A stretch of 64,000 nucleotides of DNA from an uncultured Fibrella sp. (GTDB taxonomy: Bacteria > Bacteroidota > Bacteroidia > Cytophagales > Spirosomataceae). The DNA is taken from the NCBI RefSeq assembly GCF_964250085.1, contig NZ_CAXUEC010000013.1:5101-69100 (forward strand). Reading direction: 5' to 3'. The translations under genes were made by a program, and so were the position numbers. The notes under the pieces are model-generated. The model worked only from the letters and a program-made list of their open reading frames with translations, was not told the origin of the DNA and ran no database searches. Below are positions 56,280-64,000 of the stretch, piece after piece (within the stretch, counting starts at the first letter, position 1; the number at the start of each line of letters is the position of its first letter).

Positions 56280-59200
56280 ATGCTTATGCGTCAGTTGTAT
56301 ATCCTTTCATTACTGTGCCTGGGGCTGGGTACGTCGGCGTGGGCTCAGAATTATCCATCGCTTGAACAGTTTGGCAAGAACCGGATTCAATACCGCACGT
56401 TCGGGTGGAAGACAGTGCGCACGTCGAATTTCGAGATTTACTTCTACGAAGACGGTGAGCAACTGGCTAACCTGGCTGCGCAATATGCCGAGTCTGATTT
56501 TGATCGCATCACCGAACTGCTGGGGTACACGCCGTACAACCGGATCAAAATATTCCTGTACAATTCACCGCAGGAACTGGCTCAAAGCAACATTGGCGTC
56601 ACTACACTTGGCGAGCTGACCCGTCGTGAACTGGACCTGTCGAAGTCGCGGGTGGAACTGGCCTTCTCGGGCGATCAGGTAAGCTTCAGGAAAGAGTTAT
56701 TGCGCAACGTCACTATGCTGTTTGTCTATGACATGCTGTATGGTGGAAGCCTGAAAGACGCTCTTCAAAGTTCGCTACTGCTGACGTTGCCTGACTGGTT
56801 CATGCCAGGAATGGCGGCTTATGTGGCCGAAGGGTGGAGCGCCGAGCTGGATGATTACATGCGCGACGTCTCAATCAACGACCCTGTTCGTAAACCGTCT
56901 ACCTTGTCGGGCATTGATGCCGAGCGGGTTGGGCAGTCGATCTGGAATTACATCGGGCAAAAATATGGCCGCGACAATATTTCCAATATTCTGAACCTGA
57001 CCCGGATTATCCGCAACGAGCAGAGCAGTATTCAGAGTACGCTCGGTATCCCGTATAACCGATTCCTCCGCGACTGGCGCGATTACTACGCCGGACAGGC
57101 CGCCCCGTTTGCGGGCGCTTTCAAGACAAACGCTGATGATTTCCGAATTACGCTGTCTAGTTCTAAAACGCCCGTTCAGTTAAATAGCTTAAAACTGAGC
57201 CCTGACAAGGCGTTTCTTGCGTATACTACCGTACGCGATGGTAAGTACAACGTGGAGGTTGTGAACACGGCTACCCGGAAAAAGTACAGTTTGATGTCGG
57301 GCGGGTACCGGCTCGATGGGTTGTCTTACAAACCGAATATGCCTCTGGTTGCCTGGCAACGGGATAATCAACTGGTTGTTTTGCTGGAGGAAAGAGGCCG
57401 TCCGTTCCTATATATATATAGCGGTTTAGAAAAACGACCCAAGCGGGTGCTGAGTCAGGCGATTAGCGGACTGGCACAGGTGACCAGCATGGACGCCTCG
57501 GCCGATGGCGGCAGCCTCGTGTTTAGCGCCGTGCGCAAGGGGCAAAATGATTTGTTCCTCTACAGCGTAAACCGGAATAATTACCAGCAACTGACCAACG
57601 ATTTGTACGATGATCTGCAACCCCGGTTTGTGGGCCGGTCGGGTCGGCAAATTGTATTTTCGTCGAACCGGCTGCTCGATACACTTAATGTAGACAAAGG
57701 CACATACAAGTCGATTCGTGACCAGTTCAGCATTTACACCATTGACGGCAATCCACGCGTAGCGTCGGTGCGGCGGTTAACCGACTCTACCCATCGGGCC
57801 GTGGCACCGATCAGCAACAGTGAGAATGTGCTTTATTACGTCAGTGAGCAGACGGGTATTCGGAACCTCTACAAACGCCTGATCGACGAACAAACCGAAA
57901 CGGCCGTAACAGCGTTGCCCACCGGAATTATGCAGTATGATTACCTGCCGGCCAACGGTGGCTTCGCCTACAGCAGCATTCAGGATGGTACGCTTTACGT
58001 TGGCTTCCGATCGAAATTGCCGGATGCAGAAACCGCACTACCCATCACCCAGCGGGCAACAGCTATGGGATTGCGGGCGGCCCGGCCCGTGCCAAAACAG
58101 GCTCCTATCGTTCGCGACAGTGCACTAGCCGTTCGGGACACAACGGCCAAACCAACGCCAGCCGTTTCGGCTACGGTAGCTTCTACCCTCCCCAAAATGG
58201 CCCTGTTACCGGGTGAAGTGGATACAGATCAATACGAATTTGATCCTGACGTATTGAAAGCGGCCGAGTACCGCCAGCGGCGGGCTGCTGCCACGGCTGC
58301 GCAGGCCACCGTTCCGGGTCTGAACGCACCACTTCCCCGGAATCGTCGTCGCGAGAGTGTTACCGTACGCGGTCCGTTCGCCTATAAAGGCTTGTTTGTC
58401 ATGAACGACGCCAGTTCGAACTGGCGTATTGACCCGGTTCGGGGCTTTGGGTACGTTCAGAACATAGCCCTGAATGATCTCCTGGAGAATCATATTGTGA
58501 AGGCGGGTGTGTTTATCACGACGAACCTGAAGAACAGCGATTTGTGGGCTGAATACCAGAACCTGAAATACCGCGTGGATTATGGCGTGCGGGTCGACCG
58601 GCAGACGTTATTTTTAGATGCCGGGGAGTTCAGTCAGCGGTTCCGATATAACAAAGTTTCGTTGACGGCTTCGTACCCGATCTCGGTCAACACCCGTTTC
58701 TCGGTATCGCCGTTTTATGCCCTCACACGGCAAATCGACCTGTCGTTTCAAGGGCAGGGGCAACCCGACGCCGTATCTGACTATGCTGGTGCCCGTGCCG
58801 AAGTGGTCTTCGATAATACGAAAGTCAACGGGATGAACATGATCGAAGGAACGCGGTTCAAACTCAAATACGAGAATTATACCGGCCTGCGTGGCATCAA
58901 CGAGTCGTTCAACCGCCTCACGGCTGATATCCGGCATTACCAGCATATTCACCGTGATCTGGTTTTAGCCTTGCGGCTGTCGTATGGGCAATCGGGTGGC
59001 GATGCGCCCAAACAGAGTGCTGTGGGGGGGATGGAAAACTGGATCAATAACCAGAAAGAGCAAACCGCCACTAACCCGCTCCTGATCTCGGAAGTGCGCA
59101 ACAACATTCGTGATCTGTTCTTCCTGGATTTTGCCGCGCCGCTACGCGGGTTCCGTCAGGGCAAACTGGTAGGCACAAGCCACCTGCTGTTCAATGCCGA

Positions 59201-59543
59201 ACTACGCTTCCCGCTGATTCGCTATCTATATCGTGGAAACATCACGTCGAACTTCCTGCGTAACCTGCAATTTGTTGGATTCACTGATATTGGCACGGCC
59301 TGGAACGGAACGAGTGGTCCCTTCAGCCGGGAAAACAGTTTGAACACCGAGCGTTTCGGTGGTCCGCCAACGCCGTTCCGTGTTACGCTGACGAACTTCA
59401 AGAACCCATTCCTGATCGGCTACGGTGTAGGTGCCCGGACTATGCTTCTGGGATACTACGTGAAGTTCGATTATGCCTGGGGGGTTGAGAATAAAGTCAC
59501 CAACAATCCTATAGCTTATGTAACGCTAGGATACGATTTCTAG
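56280..59543 (+). CDS. large outer-membrane protein (TolB/PD40-like repeats, C-terminal beta-barrel ending in F)
   Basis: 1087 aa with a signal peptide. The middle region has propeller-like repeats (DG...VFSA.R.GQNDLFLY). The C-terminus ...AYVTLGYDF is typical of OM barrels. Confidence 0.5.
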   Translation: MLMRQLYILSLLCLGLGTSAWAQNYPSLEQFGKNRIQYRTFGWKTVRTSNFEIYFYEDGEQLANLAAQYAESDFDRITELLGYTPYNRIKIFLYNSPQELAQSNIGVTTLGELTRRELDLSKSRVELAFSGDQVSFRKELLRNVTMLFVYDMLYGGSLKDALQSSLLLTLPDWFMPGMAAYVAEGWSAELDDYMRDVSINDPVRKPSTLSGIDAERVGQSIWNYIGQKYGRDNISNILNLTRIIRNEQSSIQSTLGIPYNRFLRDWRDYYAGQAAPFAGAFKTNADDFRITLSSSKTPVQLNSLKLSPDKAFLAYTTVRDGKYNVEVVNTATRKKYSLMSGGYRLDGLSYKPNMPLVAWQRDNQLVVLLEERGRPFLYIYSGLEKRPKRVLSQAISGLAQVTSMDASADGGSLVFSAVRKGQNDLFLYSVNRNNYQQLTNDLYDDLQPRFVGRSGRQIVFSSNRLLDTLNVDKGTYKSIRDQFSIYTIDGNPRVASVRRLTDSTHRAVAPISNSENVLYYVSEQTGIRNLYKRLIDEQTETAVTALPTGIMQYDYLPANGGFAYSSIQDGTLYVGFRSKLPDAETALPITQRATAMGLRAARPVPKQAPIVRDSALAVRDTTAKPTPAVSATVASTLPKMALLPGEVDTDQYEFDPDVLKAAEYRQRRAAATAAQATVPGLNAPLPRNRRRESVTVRGPFAYKGLFVMNDASSNWRIDPVRGFGYVQNIALNDLLENHIVKAGVFITTNLKNSDLWAEYQNLKYRVDYGVRVDRQTLFLDAGEFSQRFRYNKVSLTASYPISVNTRFSVSPFYALTRQIDLSFQGQGQPDAVSDYAGARAEVVFDNTKVNGMNMIEGTRFKLKYENYTGLRGINESFNRLTADIRHYQHIHRDLVLALRLSYGQSGGDAPKQSAVGGMENWINNQKEQTATNPLLISEVRNNIRDLFFLDFAAPLRGFRQGKLVGTSHLLFNAELRFPLIRYLYRGNITSNFLRNLQFVGFTDIGTAWNGTSGPFSRENSLNTERFGGPPTPFRVTLTNFKNPFLIGYGVGARTMLLGYYVKFDYAWGVENKVTNNPIAYVTLGYDF

Positions 59544-59570
59544 GTTTTATTAACGTAATAAATCAAAAAA

Positions 59571-59596
59571 GCCCCGTTAAAGCGGGGCTTTTTTTT
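59571..59596 (+). terminator. canonical rho-independent terminator
   Basis: GCCCCG TTAAAG CGGGGC followed by T8; an A-run lies upstream. Confidence 0.85.
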
Positions 59597-60290
59597 GTCT
59601 GCATACTTAAAGGAGGCTAGGTGAAATTGCTTAGGTGGGCCTTTGTTTGGCATAGTTTTAGCTAACCGGCCTGCCAGTGGTAGCCCCTAATGAATGGTCT
59701 ACTATGTAAGCTACTAGTTGTGCAAAACGGTAGCTTATAACTCATAATTGTTGGCCCTATGCCCGTAACATTGGGTATAAGGGTATTTGCTGAAGGTGTA
59801 TCGGGCTTTGGCATAGTTTTAGATGAAAAAAGAGCGTACCATAGCCTACTTTCCATTCTATGCCGTGTTCGTGACTTTCTTACGAACAACGGATCATAAT
59901 GTGGTATACAAGTATTGGTGCCTGGATCCACATTAAACGCTTTTAATTCCATCGCAGATGAACGTGACTTCTACACTGAAAAACAGCCTTAAGCGGTTTA
60001 CTTCAGATCCGGACAAACTTCGGCATAAACATACTCAGCACGCCTTCACGGGGCAATTGCTCTATTTTTTCGAGCGATTGCTACTACAAATAGGCTTTAT
60101 GCTGGCACCGTGGGCCTTGGCGTCACGATTTCTGCAAACGAATAGGTCTCAAAAGGCTGTCCGGCTCGCAGGCCAGCTAGCCATGGAAAATCGTCTTGAA
60201 CGGCCGCCTCGCTGGGCCGAACCACCTGATCAACGATCCAGGTATCCACTGTTTGGTAAATTATCCAGCGTACAAATTTTCCCGCTTGCA

Positions 60291-63200
60291 ATGAATGATC
60301 TATTTCTACAAAACCAGTTCTTACGCCGAATAAGCTCCTTTTGGGCTTATTTACTTGCGTTCCTGCATAGGTACACTGGTTCGTCTACCTCACCGGGCGC
60401 GTCCGTATTTCGGCGGGCTTCAGTAGCGTTAAGTATGCTACTGTGCCTGGCTACGGGCGCTTACGCCCAAACTCCGGTCGTCAATCTGAAACTCGAGAAG
60501 ACGATTAGTAATGCTTCTCCAGCATTGGGCGATGTGATCACCTATACGGTTGCAGTAACCAATACAGGTTCGGCCACGGCGACCAGTGTTGTGGTCAGTG
60601 AGTCGATGACGGCTGGCTTATCCACTTACCTATCATCAACGGCGGGAGTTGGCTCGTTTACATTCAATGTTAATACCTTCACTGGTAGTTGGACCATTGG
60701 ATCAATAAATCCTGGTCAGACGGTAACGCTGCTCATTACTGCCAGAGTTGATGGTGAAGGAGTTTCCTTCAACTCCGCTGAGGTCGCTTCTATGGATGGC
60801 ACGGACGTTAACTCTACTCCGGGTAATGGCTCACTGGTTGAAGATGATTATGACAATGCTTGTTTCTCTGTACCCCTCACCTGGTATACGGGCGACGAGT
60901 ATATCGTTGATAAACCCGCTGGCTTTACAGCCGTTACCTGGCTCATAAATGGCAACCCGATTTCGGCCACAACTACTGAGGCAAGCGTTGATGCATCCGG
61001 TAACCTTACAATTAAGGCTCCCGGAATATATTCATTTACGGGCAAGCTGAATGGATGCGACGTTAGCAACTGTTGTAATATTCTGGTTAATCCAGGTGTA
61101 ACTGCCAGTTTGGGCGATTACGTATTTGAAGATAAGAACGCCAATGGCATTCAGGACACGGGTGACACGGCAATTCCCGGTGTTACCGTAACGCTGTTCC
61201 TTAATGGTACAGCCGTGGCTACTACTACCACTAACAGTGCCGGCCTTTACTCGTTTACAGGGTTGACGCCAGGAACAAGTAATAGCTACACCGTTGGTTT
61301 TACAGCACCCGCTGGCTACACAACAACGACACCATTATCAGGAACAGATTCGGCGAAGAATTCAGACGCCGGCGCTGACCTGTTGACAGGTCGTAGCTTG
61401 TCTGTGACTTTAATCGCCGGTGAAAACAACCTAACCATTGATGCTGGTTACTATAAACCTGCTTCACTGGGCGACTACGTGTTCAACGACAAAAACCGGG
61501 ATGGTATTCAGAATGCAGGAGATACGCCAATTCAGGGTGTGTTGGTGACGCTATACCAAAACGGTAGCGCAGTCGGTACTACACTAACTGACATAAATGG
61601 TTTGTACTCGTTTACGGGCCTGACGCCAGGTACGTCGAATACCTATAGCGTTGGCTTCGGCAAGCCATCTGGTTTCGAGTCGACTTCGGCCAACATCGGT
61701 TTCGACGGCCTGGATTCGGATGCCAATCCGATCACGGGGCTGACCACAGGGCTGACCCTGAGCAGCGGCGAGAGCAACACGTCGGTGGATGCTGGTTTCT
61801 ATCAGCCAACGGCGGGTCTGGGCGACTATGTCTTTGAAGACAAGAATGCCAACGGCATCCAGGATGCGGGCGACGTGCCGATCCCAGGGGTACTGGTGAC
61901 CTTGTACTCAAGTGGTTCCGCCATTGGCACTACTTCGACGGACGCTAACGGCTTGTACAGCTTCACGGGTCTGACGCCAGGCACTCCTTACGTGGTGGGC
62001 TTCGGTCAACCGGCTGGGTTTGTACCCACGGCGGCCAACACGGGCAGCAACGACGCCATCGATTCGGATGCGGGCGTGGGTGGTCTGACGGGAGTGTATA
62101 GCCTGACAGCCAACGAGTTCAACCCAACGGTGGACGCTGGTTTCTTCCGGCCTGCTTCCCTGGGTGACTACGTCTTCAACGACACCAACCGCGACGGAGT
62201 ACAGAACGCGGGCGACAGTCCGATTCCAGGAGTCGTGGTAACGCTCTACCAGAACGGTAGTGCGGTAGCCACAACGACGACGAATGCTAACGGTCTATAC
62301 TCGTTCACGGGTCTGACGCCTGGTTCGAGCAACAGCTATAGTGTTGGCTTCACGGCTCCGGCTGGCTACTCGGCCACCAATCCGCTGTCGGGCACCAACA
62401 CGGCTCTGGACTCGGATGCCAATCCGTTGACGGGTCTGACTCAATCGGTGACTCTGTCATCGGGCGAGAGCAACACGACTATCGACGCGGGCTTCTTCCA
62501 GCCAACGGCGGGTCTGGGCGACTATGTCTTTGAAGACAAGAATGCCAACGGCATCCAGGATGCGGGCGACGTGCCGATCCCAGGGGTACTGGTGACCTTG
62601 TACTCAAGTGGTTCCGCCATTGGCACTACTTCGACGGACGCTAACGGCTTGTACAGCTTCACGGGTCTGACGCCAGGCACTCCTTACGTGGTGGGCTTCG
62701 GTCAACCGGCTGGGTTTGTACCCACGGCGGCCAACACGGGCAGCAACGACGCCATCGATTCGGATGCGGGTGTAGGTGGTCTGACGGGAGTGTATAGCCT
62801 GACGGCCAATGAGTTCAACCCAACGGTGGACGCTGGTTTCTTCCGGCCTGCGTCCCTGGGTGACTACGTCTTCAACGATACCAATCGCGACGGAGTACAG
62901 AACGCAGGCGATAGCCCGATTCCAGGAGTCGTGGTAACGCTCTACCAGAACGGTAGTGCGGTAGCCACAACGACGACGAATGCTAACGGTCTATACTCGT
63001 TCACGGGTCTGACGCCTGGTTCGAGCAACAGCTATAGTGTTGGCTTCACGGCTCCGGCTGGCTACTCGGCCACCAATCCGCTGTCGGGCACCAACACGGC
63101 TCTGGACTCGGATGCCAATCCGTTGACGGGTCTGACTCAATCGGTGACTCTGTCATCGGGCGAGAGCAACACCACTATCGATGCGGGCTTCTTCCAGCCA

Positions 63201-64000
63201 ACGGCGGGTCTGGGCGACTATGTGTTTGAAGACAAGAACGCCAACGGCATCCAGGATGCGGGCGACGTGCCGATCCCGGGTGTGCTGGTGACCTTGTATT
63301 TGAATGGCAGTGCGGTCGCCGCTACAACGACTACTGTATCTGGTGGCTATAGTTTTACAGGGCTGGCTTCTGGGTCGCAGAATGTCTATCAGGTTGGCTT
63401 CGCTGCCCCGGCTGGTTTCATAACAACGGGAGCTAACGTGGGCAGTAATGACGCTATCAACTCTGATGTGTCGATGGTTACTGGCCGCACAGGTACGTAT
63501 ACGCTGGTAGCGGGTGATTTTAACCCAACGGTCGACGCTGGTTTCTTCCGGCCTGCTTCTATTGGTGATTACGTCTTCAATGATAAAGACAAAGACGGTG
63601 TTCAGTCGCCGGGTGATACCCCGATTCCAGGTGTGGTAGTTGTTCTGTATCAGAATGGTACACCGGTAGCAACCACTACTACGGACGCAACGGGTAACTA
63701 CTCATTCACTGGTCTGACACCAGGTACGTCGAATACCTATAGTGTGGGCTTTACAACACCAACTGGGTTTACGGCAACTAATCCATTATCAGGCACCAAT
63801 ACGGCCCTGGACTCGGATATTAATCCAGTTACAGGTCGTAGCCAGAACCTGACCTTATCATCAGGCGAAAGCAATACAACCATCGATGGTGGATTTATCC
63901 AGCAAACAGCGGGTCTGGGCGACTATGTCTTTGAGGACAAGAATGCCAACGGTATCCAGGATGCGGGCGACGTGCCGATCCCAGGTGTGCTGGTGACCTT
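60291..64000 (+). CDS. giant surface/adhesin-like protein: DUF11 domain plus at least 9 SdrD-B-like (Cna-B type) repeats, 3-prime end outside the window
   Basis: The frame is open from 59937 to the window end, with ATGs at 59958, 60183, 60291 and about 60435. The signal peptide is RRASVALSMLLCLATGAYAQ. The DUF11 signature is LEKTISNASPALGDVITYTVAVTNTGSATATSVVVSE. The reiterated repeat unit is LGDYVF(E/N)D.N..G.Q..GD.PI.GV.VTLY.NGSAV..T.T...G.YSFTGLTPG. The start codon is uncertain. Confidence 0.85.
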   Translation, partial: MNDLFLQNQFLRRISSFWAYLLAFLHRYTGSSTSPGASVFRRASVALSMLLCLATGAYAQTPVVNLKLEKTISNASPALGDVITYTVAVTNTGSATATSVVVSESMTAGLSTYLSSTAGVGSFTFNVNTFTGSWTIGSINPGQTVTLLITARVDGEGVSFNSAEVASMDGTDVNSTPGNGSLVEDDYDNACFSVPLTWYTGDEYIVDKPAGFTAVTWLINGNPISATTTEASVDASGNLTIKAPGIYSFTGKLNGCDVSNCCNILVNPGVTASLGDYVFEDKNANGIQDTGDTAIPGVTVTLFLNGTAVATTTTNSAGLYSFTGLTPGTSNSYTVGFTAPAGYTTTTPLSGTDSAKNSDAGADLLTGRSLSVTLIAGENNLTIDAGYYKPASLGDYVFNDKNRDGIQNAGDTPIQGVLVTLYQNGSAVGTTLTDINGLYSFTGLTPGTSNTYSVGFGKPSGFESTSANIGFDGLDSDANPITGLTTGLTLSSGESNTSVDAGFYQPTAGLGDYVFEDKNANGIQDAGDVPIPGVLVTLYSSGSAIGTTSTDANGLYSFTGLTPGTPYVVGFGQPAGFVPTAANTGSNDAIDSDAGVGGLTGVYSLTANEFNPTVDAGFFRPASLGDYVFNDTNRDGVQNAGDSPIPGVVVTLYQNGSAVATTTTNANGLYSFTGLTPGSSNSYSVGFTAPAGYSATNPLSGTNTALDSDANPLTGLTQSVTLSSGESNTTIDAGFFQPTAGLGDYVFEDKNANGIQDAGDVPIPGVLVTLYSSGSAIGTTSTDANGLYSFTGLTPGTPYVVGFGQPAGFVPTAANTGSNDAIDSDAGVGGLTGVYSLTANEFNPTVDAGFFRPASLGDYVFNDTNRDGVQNAGDSPIPGVVVTLYQNGSAVATTTTNANGLYSFTGLTPGSSNSYSVGFTAPAGYSATNPLSGTNTALDSDANPLTGLTQSVTLSSGESNTTIDAGFFQPTAGLGDYVFEDKNANGIQDAGDVPIPGVLVTLYLNGSAVAATTTTVSGGYSFTGLASGSQNVYQVGFAAPAGFITTGANVGSNDAINSDVSMVTGRTGTYTLVAGDFNPTVDAGFFRPASIGDYVFNDKDKDGVQSPGDTPIPGVVVVLYQNGTPVATTTTDATGNYSFTGLTPGTSNTYSVGFTTPTGFTATNPLSGTNTALDSDINPVTGRSQNLTLSSGESNTTIDGGFIQQTAGLGDYVFEDKNANGIQDAGDVPIPGVLVT
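61803..63194 (+). repeat. two tandem 696-bp units (232 codons each) inside the adhesin gene
   Basis: 61803-62498 and 62499-63194 differ at 12 of 696 positions. A third, more diverged unit starts at 63195. Confidence 0.95.

Noticed and set aside
59662-59952. 96-aa minus-strand ORF in the 750-bp region upstream of the adhesin
   Set aside because: It has no recognisable motif and atypical composition, and it overlaps what is more likely the promoter or 5-prime region of the adhesin gene. It is left unannotated.

Overview
This 64-kb chromosomal window looks like a Bacteroidota (Cytophagia-like) genome. That assignment is an inference from gene content: S46/DPP7 peptidase, DUF4286/DUF4783 proteins, TAnnTTTG-type promoter boxes and a DUF11/SdrD-B adhesin. 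The left 12.8 kb is a complete type I-B CRISPR-Cas locus on the minus strand, in the order cas6, a gap, cas8b, cas7, cas5, cas3, cas4, cas1, cas2, leader, array. The array has 26 exact 30-bp repeats and runs off the left edge. A WYL-domain regulator is divergent from cas6, and an AT-rich 700-bp insert carrying an opposite-strand small ORF separates cas6 from cas8b. The rest is mostly housekeeping: acetoacetyl-CoA synthetase, S41 and S46 peptidases, recG, eno, ftsB-like, LMW-PTP, gpmI, rlmI-like, hemH, oxyR-like, cmk and an L-fucose/deoxy-sugar catabolic cluster with fucP. Small accessory items are scattered through it: a vapBC pair with a frameshifted PIN toxin, a disrupted xisH/xisI pair, and a RAYT/IS200-like Y1 transposase homolog overlapping the recG stop. 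The window ends in a giant DUF11 + SdrD-B-repeat surface protein that runs off the right edge. Three sequence-level signals are not explained by gene annotation. (1) The oligomer RACGTACCTG (core ACGTACCT) is over-represented, with 45 core copies against about 2 expected, in all frames and both orientations. (2) A family of very long intergenic hairpins (25-46 bp stems) has arms that are often built from degenerate 7-nt periodic units. (3) Two tandem 696-bp units in the adhesin differ only at synonymous sites. No tRNA or rRNA genes were seen. All coordinates and counts were read by eye and should be recomputed.
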